DNA of 64,000 nucleotides from Candidatus Pacearchaeota archaeon (GCA_017609285.1 JAFCEE010000001.1:18475-82474); one strand, 5' to 3'; positions 19,411 through 28,898 are shown, numbered from the stretch's first letter. Notes: a model not told the origin generated them from the letters alone. Numbers and translations are program-made.

Positions 19411-21045
19411 ATGGAGAATAATATGATAATTAAAAAGATAAAAATAAGTTCAGTTATTTTAATGCTATTTATAAGTATTTTTGTTTTTTCATTAAATTTT
19501 TCAGTAAAGGCACAACAGGTAAAGTTTTGTTGTGAGAGAACTACTTATGGAGCGTGGTGTCAAAATGCTCCTGAAGAAGAATGTGATGAAGGTTATAATT
19601 GCGGAATAGATGAAAAAGGAAATCTATTAAAATGTAGAAAAACTCCTACTTCTTGCGAGGCTACTTCTTATTGTAGATTAGGATGTTGTTATGACAGTAG
19701 TGAAGGAATATGTATGGAAAAAACTCCCCAAAAAGTTTGTCAAGATTCAGGTGGGACTTGGAGTGATGATGCTGAATGTAATATTGCTCAATGCCAGCTT
19801 GGCTGTTGTATTTTAGGAACCCAAGCAGCTTTTGTAACCTTGACTAGATGTAAAAAATTAAGTAGTTTTTATGGCTTGATTACTAATTTTAGAAGAGATA
19901 TAGGAAATGAATTAAGTTGTATATCTCTTGCTTCATTAAGTGACCAAGGTGCTTGTGTTTATGAAGTTGATTTTGTTAAAACTTGTAAATTTACTTCTAG
20001 GCAAGAATGCAATAGTATTAAGCAAGGAATGAATATTGGAAATAAAACTGAATTAGGGGGCGGAAGGGTTACTAGTAATGTTGAGTTTTATAAAGATTTA
20101 TTATGCACTGCTGAAGAACTTGGAACTAGTTGTAGTATGACAAAACAAACTACTTGTATTGAAGGAAGAGATGAAGTTTATTTTGTTGATTCTTGTGGCA
20201 ATATAGCTAATATTTATGATGCTTCTAAAATTGATGATAAAGCTTATTGGAGGAAAAAAATAAGTAAAGTAGAAAGTTGTGGAAGTGGTTCTTCTAATAT
20301 TAATTCAAGAACTTGCGGTAATTGTAATTATTTTGAGGGTAGTATTTGTGGCGAAGGAAATGCTAAATATGGAGATTATATTTGTAAGGATTTAAATTGC
20401 CATGCTTCTGACACTAGTGATGGCAAATTACACAAACATGGAGAATCTTGGTGCAGTACTGATAAATATCCTGATTCTGTAGGTAGTAGATATTTTAGAC
20501 ATATTTGTATGAATGGTGAGGAAATTATTGAGCCATGCGCAGATTTTAGGCAGGAAATTTGTATTCAAGATTATATTGAATCTGGTGGTGTTAAGTTTTC
20601 TCAAGCTGGATGTAGAGTTAATAGGTGGCAGGATTGTTATAGTCAGACTGAAAAAAAAGATTGTGAAAATAAAGACAAAAGAGATTGTAAGTGGATTTTA
20701 AAAACTGATAAGGTTGCAGAAAGAGAAACTGAAGAAGGAAAATATCAGCCAATTAAAATTGGGTGTGTTCCTGAACATTCTCCAGGTTTGAAATTCTGGG
20801 AAGAAGGAGAAGCTCAAGGAACTTGTTCTCTTGCAAATTCTCAATGCGTGGTTGAATTTGTAAAAGAAGGTTTTTTAAAGGGGGGTGGTAAAAAATGTGA
20901 GGATAATTGTGAATGTTTAGAAGATTCTTGGAAACAAGAACAATTAGAAAAATGTGAACAAATTGGAGATTGTGGGGCTAAAACTAATTGGATTGGAAAT
21001 AAAGGAAATAAAGAAGGTTATGATATTAAAATAACTGAACAATGA
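19411..21045 (+). CDS. Secreted Cys-rich protein homologous to the N-terminal half of the 1230-aa protein
   Basis: Shared CQLGCC, YFVDSCGNIANIYDASK, GESWC, EPCADFR.EIC, CR.NRWQ.C, GDCG motifs. Confidence 0.85.
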   Translation: MENNMIIKKIKISSVILMLFISIFVFSLNFSVKAQQVKFCCERTTYGAWCQNAPEEECDEGYNCGIDEKGNLLKCRKTPTSCEATSYCRLGCCYDSSEGICMEKTPQKVCQDSGGTWSDDAECNIAQCQLGCCILGTQAAFVTLTRCKKLSSFYGLITNFRRDIGNELSCISLASLSDQGACVYEVDFVKTCKFTSRQECNSIKQGMNIGNKTELGGGRVTSNVEFYKDLLCTAEELGTSCSMTKQTTCIEGRDEVYFVDSCGNIANIYDASKIDDKAYWRKKISKVESCGSGSSNINSRTCGNCNYFEGSICGEGNAKYGDYICKDLNCHASDTSDGKLHKHGESWCSTDKYPDSVGSRYFRHICMNGEEIIEPCADFRQEICIQDYIESGGVKFSQAGCRVNRWQDCYSQTEKKDCENKDKRDCKWILKTDKVAERETEEGKYQPIKIGCVPEHSPGLKFWEEGEAQGTCSLANSQCVVEFVKEGFLKGGGKKCEDNCECLEDSWKQEQLEKCEQIGDCGAKTNWIGNKGNKEGYDIKITEQ

Positions 21046-21075
21046 AAAGATTAAAATGAAAAAAGAAGAAGAAAA

Positions 21076-23871
21076 ATGATGAAAAATAAAAAAGCAAGAC
21101 AAACAATAGCAGGATTTGAAATTATAACTTTAGTTCTTGCTATAATTTCGTTTGTTGTTATTATTTCTGGTGGGGTGAGTGGGGAGAATGGTGGGGGAGG
21201 TGGGGGTGGGGATGGTAATTCAGATTTTGTAGAGGGTAAGATTGGTATTGAAAGGGGGGGGGCTAAAATATTTTTTCCAAATGATGAAAACCTCCCAGTT
21301 TACTCATCTATTGATGGTGGTAGAACATGGTCTGAAAGTTACTGGTATAACAGAAATAATATGAAAGAGTTCGCCTTACAAGATGATAAAATTGAAAGAA
21401 CACTTTTAGGGAGGCGACCATCAGTAGTAAGATTAAGGGAAGTGCGGGGTGCAAAAACTATGAGAGAAGGAGGAGGTGTTAGTGGAGCAAGTAGCTCTCC
21501 CAATCCAGCAAGAGGAATAAATTTTCAACAACCAGAACCTATTGGGGGGTTTAAAGTTACTGAAACAATGGCAGGAAGATTAGAAGAGATTGGTGTAGAA
21601 TTGGATGCGGGTGCAGAAATAGAAAAAATAGTTCCAGGAGATAAGGGTTTAATCCTAAAATTGAAGAGTGGAGAATCTGTTGAAATAGATGGAGAAAAAA
21701 TAAAAGAATTTGGGAGGATAACTGGAACAAGTAATAGTATAACAAATGCTTATCGTAATGCTCTTTATGAAGGTTTGAAGGGAGGTAAGGGGACTGTTGG
21801 TGAATTAATAGGAGAAGGAACAAGAGATATTGGTGGTGTATGGGAAGTTAGTTCTGAATCAATTAAGGGTACTGATATGGCAAAAGTTACTTTTAAAAAT
21901 AAAATAACAGGGGACGAGTTTACAAAAGAACTATCTACAAAAATGAGATTATCACAAATAAGTAGTATTGAGATAACAGGGCAAGCAGCTCCAAAGCTTC
22001 CATTATTAGGAGAAATACCTGTAATGGGAGGACTTGGTTATATTTTAGAAGGTCTTGCATGGGGTTTAGGAGTTGCTGGTCTTATACAATTAATAGGCGG
22101 ATTAGCGGGAATGGAAAGTAAAGCAATAAATTCAGCTAGTATTGCTGCAATAATTGGTGGCGGAGTAAAAGGTGCTGTAAGTGCAATTATAGGGAAAGGT
22201 GGTTTAATAACAAAAGATCTCGGACTCGCAATGAAAACAAAAGGGTTGTGGTGGAAATATACTCCTCATGCAGCTGGAATCGTAGCAGCAATAATCGTCT
22301 TTGGTTTAATGGATCAAGGTGAAAGCAAGAAAGTTGTGAATTTCAAATGTAATCCATGGGAAGCACCAACAGGAGGAAGTGATTGTGAAAAATGCAATGA
22401 TGGACTTTATCCATGTACAGAATATAGGTGCAAAAGTTTAGGACAAGCTTGTGAGTTGTTAAATCCTGGAACAGGAGAAGAAGCTTGTGTATGGGTAAAT
22501 CCAAAAGATGTAAACAGTCCAATAATAGAAACATGGGATAAAGTTTTAACAAAAGACCATAAGTATGACCCAAATACAGCAATAAGGCCTCCTGACAGGG
22601 GAGTAAAAATTTTGTATGAAAAGTCAAATGATGGTTGTATAAAAGCATTTACTCCATTAAGCTTTGGAATAACCTTAAATGAACCAGCACAATGTAAAAT
22701 TGATTATAACAGGACAGCAAAATATGAAGATATGAACTATTATTTTGGGGGTAGCAATATTTACAAATATAATCATACGCAAGTTATGAGGTTGCCTGGT
22801 CCAGATGCTGTAAATGCAGAAGCTCCTGAACTTAAAAATGATGGAAATTATAATTTATATGTAAGATGTCAAGATGCAAATGGAAATTCAAATGATGACT
22901 TATTTGTATTTAGTTTTTGTGTAGAAAGAGGCCCTGATGTAACCCCGCCTAAGATTGAAGGAACAAGCATAAGTAATGGGATGCCAATCCAATATGGTTT
23001 GAATCAGACAAAACTTGAAGTCTATGTAAATGAGCCTTCTGAATGTAAGTGGAGTAAAACAGACCAAGATTATGAAGCAATGGAACATAGTTTTGATTGT
23101 GCAAGCCATGTTTATGAGATGAATAACTTAATGTTATATAAGTGTGAAGGAATTTTAACAGATTTAGAAGATAGAAAAGACAATGTCTTTTACTTTAGAT
23201 GTAAAGATCAGCCTTGGTTAACTGGAGAAAAACAGGTTGATAGAAATGTAAATGTTGAGAGTTATAAATTTATATTGAAGGGAACACAACCCCTCAATAT
23301 AGTAAATGTAAAGCCAAATGAAACTATAACTGGCTACTCAACTCTAGCTACTGTAAATTTAGAAGTAGAAACCGAAGCTGGCTACAATCTCGGTGATAGC
23401 TGGTGCAGTTATTATTGCATATCTGTAGGAGAAGAAGCTTCTGTTAGCGAAGATAGATGGATACAAATGTTTGAAACAGGAACTAATATACATAAACAGA
23501 GACTTGACTTGCCTGCTGACGAATATATTTGTGAGTTTCAGTGTGTAGATTTAGGAGGAAATGCTGCTTACTCAAACACAACTTTCAAAGTTGAAATAGA
23601 TGAAGAAGCTCCTAAAGTAGTTAGAGTTTACCAAGATTCTGGTAAACTAAAGATAATTACAGATGAAAAATCTATCTGCTCTTATTCTACTAACAAAGAA
23701 AAAGAGTGTAGTTTTGACATAGATGAAGGAACTAATATGCCTTATGCTAATAGCAAGGAACATTTTGCTGACTGGGAAGAAGGTAAAACTTATTATGTAA
23801 AATGTAAAGATAGTAATGAGAGACAGCCTTTGCCTAATGAGTGTAGTATTGTGGTAAGAGCTGAGAGTTAA
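21076..23871 (+). CDS. Large surface protein homologous to the C-terminal half of the 1230-aa protein, with an unrelated N-terminal region
   Basis: KKA-type N-terminus + TM, poly-Gly linker, Gly/Ala hydrophobic segment, C.PW..P.GGSDCEKCN, GPD.TPP, GKTYYVKCKD. Confidence 0.85.
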   Translation: MMKNKKARQTIAGFEIITLVLAIISFVVIISGGVSGENGGGGGGGDGNSDFVEGKIGIERGGAKIFFPNDENLPVYSSIDGGRTWSESYWYNRNNMKEFALQDDKIERTLLGRRPSVVRLREVRGAKTMREGGGVSGASSSPNPARGINFQQPEPIGGFKVTETMAGRLEEIGVELDAGAEIEKIVPGDKGLILKLKSGESVEIDGEKIKEFGRITGTSNSITNAYRNALYEGLKGGKGTVGELIGEGTRDIGGVWEVSSESIKGTDMAKVTFKNKITGDEFTKELSTKMRLSQISSIEITGQAAPKLPLLGEIPVMGGLGYILEGLAWGLGVAGLIQLIGGLAGMESKAINSASIAAIIGGGVKGAVSAIIGKGGLITKDLGLAMKTKGLWWKYTPHAAGIVAAIIVFGLMDQGESKKVVNFKCNPWEAPTGGSDCEKCNDGLYPCTEYRCKSLGQACELLNPGTGEEACVWVNPKDVNSPIIETWDKVLTKDHKYDPNTAIRPPDRGVKILYEKSNDGCIKAFTPLSFGITLNEPAQCKIDYNRTAKYEDMNYYFGGSNIYKYNHTQVMRLPGPDAVNAEAPELKNDGNYNLYVRCQDANGNSNDDLFVFSFCVERGPDVTPPKIEGTSISNGMPIQYGLNQTKLEVYVNEPSECKWSKTDQDYEAMEHSFDCASHVYEMNNLMLYKCEGILTDLEDRKDNVFYFRCKDQPWLTGEKQVDRNVNVESYKFILKGTQPLNIVNVKPNETITGYSTLATVNLEVETEAGYNLGDSWCSYYCISVGEEASVSEDRWIQMFETGTNIHKQRLDLPADEYICEFQCVDLGGNAAYSNTTFKVEIDEEAPKVVRVYQDSGKLKIITDEKSICSYSTNKEKECSFDIDEGTNMPYANSKEHFADWEEGKTYYVKCKDSNERQPLPNECSIVVRAES
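23758..23871 (+). repeat. 3' end of the 931-aa gene (intact copy 1 of three)
   Basis: Encodes EHFADWEEGKTYYVKCKDSNERQPLPNECSIVVRAES*. Confidence 0.9.
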
Positions 23872-23881
23872 GTCGTAGGAT

Positions 23882-24184
23882 TTAACTTAATTTTTTAATT
23901 AATTCTGCTTTTATCAACTTCTTTTTTTCTTTTGATACTGAAAATAAAAATTTTTTAATCATTTTTTCAGAAATAGTAAAAATATAATTTAATTTAATAA
24001 TGCTTTCTTTTAATGCTCCTTCTTTTTTCGTTAAAGGAATTCCTTTCATTTTGATATTGCTTGTTATTCCTGCAACTACAACATTCCCTTGTTCTTCAAA
24101 TAAGACTAAAGCAGGTCTTGTTTTAATTTCAAAAGTATCTGTAAATTGTACTTGAGCTAGAATAATATCTCCAAAATTATACAT
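23882..24184 (-). CDS. PemK/MazF-family toxin
   Basis: GDIILAQVQFTD...KTRPALVL...ITS...S.I. Confidence 0.88.
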   Translation of the reverse strand: MYNFGDIILAQVQFTDTFEIKTRPALVLFEEQGNVVVAGITSNIKMKGIPLTKKEGALKESIIKLNYIFTISEKMIKKFLFSVSKEKKKLIKAELIKKLS

Positions 24185-24421
24185 TTATACCTCTTCCCAA
24201 AATTCGTCTTGTTTATTATCCCAAATTTCCCTCATTTTTGGTTGCTGTATTTTATGTAAAAATTCATCATACTGATTTCTCTGTTTCATTTTTATAAAAA
24301 TCGTTGCCATTTTTTCTAGTAATTCATTGTAAGTTTGTCTAGGATATTCCTTGCTTTTCTTAAGCATTTCAATTGTCTTTTTATCTAATAATATTGTTGT
24401 CTTTTCTGTCATATATATCAC
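24185..24421 (-). CDS. Putative cognate antitoxin (ribbon-helix-helix-like; probable start 24412)
   Basis: KTTILLDKKT..L...K.YPRQTYNELL; acidic W-D-N..D..W tail; directly upstream of the toxin. Confidence 0.75.
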   Translation of the reverse strand: MIYMTEKTTILLDKKTIEMLKKSKEYPRQTYNELLEKMATIFIKMKQRNQYDEFLHKIQQPKMREIWDNKQDEFWEEV

Positions 24422-24464
24422 CTATACATATATTATATATTAACTATATAAACTTTTCGATTAA

Positions 24465-24589
24465 AATTCTGCTGAACATTTTACAGAATGGGTAGAAGGA
24501 CAGACTTATTATGTAAAATGCAAAGATTCTAATGAGAGACAGCCTGCTCTTTTTCTTGTTCAGTTATAGTGGGAGCTGAGTCGACTTAA
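24465..24589 (+). repeat. Orphan divergent copy 2 of the 931-aa gene 3' end (frameshifted)
   Basis: Reads NSAEHFTEWVEGQTYYVKCKDSNERQPALF/CSVIVGAEST*; several synonymous differences from copy 1. Confidence 0.9.
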
Positions 24590-24636
24590 ACAGCTTAAAA
24601 AATTTATAATGGATTCTGAGACAAGAGAGTATGTAA

Positions 24637-24924
24637 ATGAAAAGAGTAGACAAAAGATTAGATGAAAGACTAGGGGGACTTTATGATGGGATGACTGGAT
24701 TAGAAAGCAGAATGGATGGTCTATATGAAGGGCTAAATGCAAAGATGGATGGGCTTAATATAAAGATGGATGCTGTTTTGAATGCTATTTCTGTTTTTTC
24801 TAGAGCTTATGAAAAGTCTCAAGAGCTATATACTAATGTTTTAAAGGATTTGGGCTATATTAAAGAAAGACTTGATAGTAGGATAGGATTTGCAAGAAAA
24901 GATGAAGAATCAGAGAAGTCTTAG
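24637..24924 (+). CDS. Hypothetical coiled-coil protein with MDGL repeats
   Basis: RMDGLYEGLNAKMDGLNIKMD; TATA upstream. Confidence 0.65.
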   Translation: MKRVDKRLDERLGGLYDGMTGLESRMDGLYEGLNAKMDGLNIKMDAVLNAISVFSRAYEKSQELYTNVLKDLGYIKERLDSRIGFARKDEESEKS

Positions 24925-25068
24925 AGTTTTTATTTTAAAGTGTGAGGAGTGCAAGATAGCCTTTACCTAATTCTTGTTCTATAATTGTGAGGGTTGAGAG
25001 CTAATAGCATTAAAGAAACAAAATATGAAAATTATTGACAATTAAAAGAAAATTATAGCCATTTTATT

Positions 25069-25539
25069 CTATTTCTGTAGAAAATAAAAAAATGGTTTGT
25101 AAAGAAGTGCAGGTTCACTTACTTTAAAATTTTTTATTCCAGTCTCTCCTATCTCAAGAGAAAACCAACCAACAAATGACTTAACATATTCATCAAATCT
25201 TGATCTGTATTCAGGTTTAACTTCTCTTCTTAATGCTCTAAGAAATCCTTTATTTACTCTTAATTCTCTTGCAGTTCCATAAACTACCAAATCATATCCA
25301 TCTAAAGAGCGAGAAGGGATGCTGAAAGGTTCATTTGAATCTCCTCTTGTCAATAAACTTATTAAATTTTTTACTTTGCCTTCTTCTGCCAATCCTCTAT
25401 CTGCAGAAATTGTTGTTTTATAACCTCCACCAATACCTAAAACTTTTCCAATTGTACGTTTATAATCTACATTTATCGTTTTCTTTCTTTTCAGGAAACT
25501 TAGAAAGCCTTTTTTTCTTTCTCTTAGCATTATATCCAT
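25069..25539 (-). CDS. Hypothetical protein
   Basis: 156-aa ORF, no recognised motif. Confidence 0.55.
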   Translation of the reverse strand: MDIMLRERKKGFLSFLKRKKTINVDYKRTIGKVLGIGGGYKTTISADRGLAEEGKVKNLISLLTRGDSNEPFSIPSRSLDGYDLVVYGTARELRVNKGFLRALRREVKPEYRSRFDEYVKSFVGWFSLEIGETGIKNFKVSEPALLYKPFFYFLQK

Positions 25540-25560
25540 TTGAATAAAATAATAGAAAAA

Positions 25561-25836
25561 TTACATTGTATATGTCGGCAACATTCTTCTTTCTAAACCA
25601 CTACCCTCATTCAAATATCTTAAACTGTTTGGTAATGCTCTAGCTTGTCGATTATCATGAGTTACATATATAGAGGAAGTGACTCTCCTACCTAGAGCAT
25701 TCATGTGGGCATTAGCTATAGGTACAATCACATCTTCTAAACCAGGATCAACAGCAAATTTTGTTTTATATCCTGCTACTATAACCCCTGCTCTCGTTGA
25801 AACCCATCCTCTTAATTTCCTTCCTAATCTTGGCAT
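25561..25836 (-). CDS. Hypothetical protein
   Basis: 91-aa ORF with TATA-like element ~25 nt upstream. Confidence 0.55.
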   Translation of the reverse strand: MPRLGRKLRGWVSTRAGVIVAGYKTKFAVDPGLEDVIVPIANAHMNALGRRVTSSIYVTHDNRQARALPNSLRYLNEGSGLERRMLPTYTM

Positions 25837-25876
25837 ACAATAAACATTCCATCTTTATTTAAATATCTTATGTTTA

Positions 25877-25892
25877 TATAGTATATACTATA
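25877..25892. promoter_or_regulatory. Perfect 16-bp palindrome between divergent promoters
   Basis: tatagtatatactata between starts at 25836 (-) and 25933 (+). Confidence 0.5.
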
Positions 25893-25932
25893 AAATAGTT
25901 ACTTTTATAAATCTAAGAAAACATAAAATAAT

Positions 25933-26202
25933 ATGTTTGGGTATGTTAGAAGGTTGTATCAAGGTATAAAGGAAAAGTATAATTCATATAGACGGGAATA
26001 TAAAAGAAGTCCGATTGTTTCTTTTTTTAGGTCTATTTTTGATTACATTCTTGGACGACCAAAACCATTTGTTCTACCTCCAGAGCAGCAAGAGAAATTT
26101 GAAAGTGGGTTAGATGAAAAATTAAGGTTAAACCATGATATTTTTTATGGCCCTGGAAAAATTGTTTTAAGAAAAAAAAGTCTTGTTGATAGACTTGATT
26201 AA
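25933..26202 (+). CDS. Hypothetical protein
   Basis: 89-aa ORF, ttttataaa TATA ~28 nt upstream. Confidence 0.55.
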   Translation: MFGYVRRLYQGIKEKYNSYRREYKRSPIVSFFRSIFDYILGRPKPFVLPPEQQEKFESGLDEKLRLNHDIFYGPGKIVLRKKSLVDRLD

Positions 26203-26270
26203 TTTAGATTTTGATTTGTATGGCTTACAACATTTTTTAACTAAAATTTAGGGTCTATATCTCTTTTAAC

Positions 26271-26361
26271 GAAGGTAAATCTGACTATCAAGTGTAAAGA
26301 TAGTAATGAGAAACAGCCTTTGCCTAATGAGTGTAGTATTATTATTAGGGCTGAATCCTGA
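26271..26361 (+). repeat. Orphan copy 3 of the 931-aa gene 3' end
   Basis: 26293-26340 matches 23803-23850 at 47/48 nt; reads EGKSDY/KCKDSNEKQPLPNECSIIIRAES*. Confidence 0.92.
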
Positions 26362-26519
26362 TTCTAAACTTGAAACATTCAAGAGTGAAGTTGGAGAATG
26401 AAAATAATAATAACAAATTTTATATTGTGGAGAAGTCATGAGAAGAAAGATGCCGGCTTGTTATGTAACTTATGATAAAAAACAGAAGAAGTTAAAAAAG
26501 TTGAAGTCTAATTAAGAAA

Positions 26520-27329
26520 ATGAAACCTAAACTTAAAGAAGTAAAAGCCAGATCAATTCTAATAAGAAGTAAACTACCAGAAACAGATTATGTTATTAAT
26601 CCTTATACTGGTTGTGTTCATAGTTGTGTGTATTGTTATGCGAAATTCATGTCAAGAATGACTGGACATAAAGAAGGTTGGGGAAATTATTGTGATGTTA
26701 AAATTAATTTGCCTGAAGTTTTAAGTAGGGAACTAGAAAGGGCAAAAAAAGGGATAGTATTGTTAAGTTCAGTTACAGATCCCTATAATCATTTAGAGAA
26801 AAAATATCAGCTAACAAGAAAAGCTTTAGAATTATTAACTAAATATAAGTTTTCTGTTTCGATACTTACCAAATCAGCTTTGGTTGTGAGAGATGTTGAT
26901 GTTTTAAGAAAATTAAAGGAAGTTGAGGTCGGAATTACTATCACAACCTTAGACAATAGAGTAAGGAAAAAATTTGAGCCATCTTCTTCTGTGGAAGAGA
27001 GGATAAGAGCTTTAGAATTGCTTCATAAAGAAGGGATTAGAACCTATGCTTTTGTTGGTCCTATTCTTCCATATTTAACAGATGTTGAAGCTATAGTAAA
27101 TAGATTAGAGGGGATAGTAGATTTTTTCATGTTTGAAGACCTAAACATTTTACCTTCAAATAAAGACAAAATTTTAAGTATAGTAAAAGAAAACTGGCCT
27201 GAATTAGAAGAAAAATATAAGGAAATTCTGAAAGGAAAAGCTGAGTTTTGGAAAGTATTAAGAGAAAAAATACAGGAAATAGCAAGAGAGAAAGGTTTAG
27301 ATTTTAGAATTTATTTTGAACATAATTAA
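26520..27329 (+). CDS. Radical SAM protein, SplB/Rv2578c-like family
   Basis: INPYTGCVHSCVYCYA, SSVTDPY, ILTKS. Confidence 0.88.
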   Translation: MKPKLKEVKARSILIRSKLPETDYVINPYTGCVHSCVYCYAKFMSRMTGHKEGWGNYCDVKINLPEVLSRELERAKKGIVLLSSVTDPYNHLEKKYQLTRKALELLTKYKFSVSILTKSALVVRDVDVLRKLKEVEVGITITTLDNRVRKKFEPSSSVEERIRALELLHKEGIRTYAFVGPILPYLTDVEAIVNRLEGIVDFFMFEDLNILPSNKDKILSIVKENWPELEEKYKEILKGKAEFWKVLREKIQEIAREKGLDFRIYFEHN

Positions 27330-27359
27330 GTTTTTATATCGAGGAAAATTAATAAGTAA

Positions 27360-28091
27360 ATGAAACAAAAACCCTGGACAAGTTGGGAAAACAAAACCGA
27401 GCAGGAAGAAGAGGCGATAAAAAGTTTGAGAGCAGCTAAGAAAATTATTCTAAATAATATACCAAAAAATAAGATTTTGGCAATATATGTGGGAGGTAGT
27501 TTTATCAGAAGAGAAATGACTCAGAAGAGTGATGTAGATACTTGGACAATAGTTAAGGATAATAAACTTCTTAGCAAGTTTGAAAAATTAGAAAAGGAGT
27601 ATAAGGAAAAATATAAACCAAACTTAAGTCTAAGAGCTTTTTCTCTGTGGGAATTAAAAAATAACAAAAGATATTTGAAAAGAAAGAAACCAAGAGCAAA
27701 TCCGGGAAGATTTGTGAAGAAAATTAAAAATTATTTTTTAATTTATGGCAAACCTTTAAACACTAAAGATTTTATAGTGAGGAGTGACGAAGAAGATTTA
27801 AAGAAATTAATTAAAGCTTTTAATAAAACTTTCTTGCCTTTGTATGAAAAAGGCAAGCTAAGATTTTCTGATATCCTTAAACAGGTATTTTGGTTAGTTG
27901 AGTTAGAACAAAAAATTAAAGGTAAAGAAGTTCCTTATTCTTGGAAAAAATTGGTAAGGTCAATAGAAAACAAAAATCATATTATTCATGAAGCTTTGAA
28001 ATTTAGAGTGAAGAGAATAAAAGACGAAGGGAAAAGAAAGAGGTTTATAGTTAAATTGAAAAAGTATTTGAAAAGTTTGGAAGGAAAATGA
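27360..28091 (+). CDS. Pol-beta-fold nucleotidyltransferase domain protein
   Basis: IYVGGSF.R......SDVD motif plus helical C-terminus. Confidence 0.75.
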   Translation: MKQKPWTSWENKTEQEEEAIKSLRAAKKIILNNIPKNKILAIYVGGSFIRREMTQKSDVDTWTIVKDNKLLSKFEKLEKEYKEKYKPNLSLRAFSLWELKNNKRYLKRKKPRANPGRFVKKIKNYFLIYGKPLNTKDFIVRSDEEDLKKLIKAFNKTFLPLYEKGKLRFSDILKQVFWLVELEQKIKGKEVPYSWKKLVRSIENKNHIIHEALKFRVKRIKDEGKRKRFIVKLKKYLKSLEGK

Positions 28092-28876
28092 TAATAGATT
28101 GCCATGTTCACCTACCTTTATCGAAGACAAAAGGGAAATTTAAAGATAAGAAAGCAAAACTTTTGAGAGATATAGAGAGGAATGGAGTTGATTGTGCTAT
28201 ATTAATTCCAGATAATCTTACTGGTTCTAATATTGGAGATTTAGATACTTGTTTGAAATTAGTTGAAAATGAGGAAAAATTATTTTTGTTAGGAACTATA
28301 GATGTAAGAAAAGAAGGAATGAGAAGTATAAGTAAGCTTGATTTTTTGTTCAAAAAAGGAAAAATTAAAGGAATTAAAATTTATCCTGGACACGACCCAA
28401 TATATCTGACTGATAAGAGGCTTATTCCTCTTTATAAATTATGCATAAAATATAATCTGCCTATAATGATTCATACTGGTGGTGGGAAAATGAAAAAAGC
28501 AAGGGAATACAATGATCCAAAATATATAGTTAAAATAGCTAAGAAGTTTCCTAAAATTAAGATTATTATAAGTCATTATTTTGAACCAAATTTAGAATAT
28601 TGTTATAATCTAACTAAAAATTTTATGAGTATTTATTATGACACCTCAGGTTTAGCTGATAAAGATGTTGTAAAAGAAAGTGGATTAAAAACTATAAAAG
28701 ATGTTTTGATAAAAATAGCAAGAAAAAAACCAAATAATGTTTTATTTGGAACAGATTATGCTTGTTGTTCAATTAAGAAGCATATTAAATTGATAAGCTC
28801 TTTAAATATTTCTAAAGAGATGAAAGATAAAGTTTTTTATAAAAATTCTAAGAGATTATTTAGATTAAATTTATAA
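28088..28876 (+). CDS. Amidohydrolase-family metallohydrolase
   Basis: IIDCHVH, GIKIYP, IMIHTG, SHY, YDTS, LFGTDY. Confidence 0.9.
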   Translation: MIIDCHVHLPLSKTKGKFKDKKAKLLRDIERNGVDCAILIPDNLTGSNIGDLDTCLKLVENEEKLFLLGTIDVRKEGMRSISKLDFLFKKGKIKGIKIYPGHDPIYLTDKRLIPLYKLCIKYNLPIMIHTGGGKMKKAREYNDPKYIVKIAKKFPKIKIIISHYFEPNLEYCYNLTKNFMSIYYDTSGLADKDVVKESGLKTIKDVLIKIARKKPNNVLFGTDYACCSIKKHIKLISSLNISKEMKDKVFYKNSKRLFRLNL

Positions 28877-28898
28877 ATCTCTCTTCTTTTTTTTAAAT

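Noticed and set aside
23758..26361. Diversity-generating retroelement (VR/TR pair) explanation for the repeated gene end
   Set aside because: Mismatches are not confined to template adenines, they include indels and synonymous Ser codon swaps, and no reverse transcriptase is in the window
23867..26361. Classical integron attC sites
   Set aside because: One GTTRRRY match (23867) is expected by chance; no paired inverse core sites and no tyrosine integrase visible
24637..28876. Provirus or IS element
   Set aside because: No capsid, terminase, packaging ATPase, transposase or terminal inverted repeats recognised
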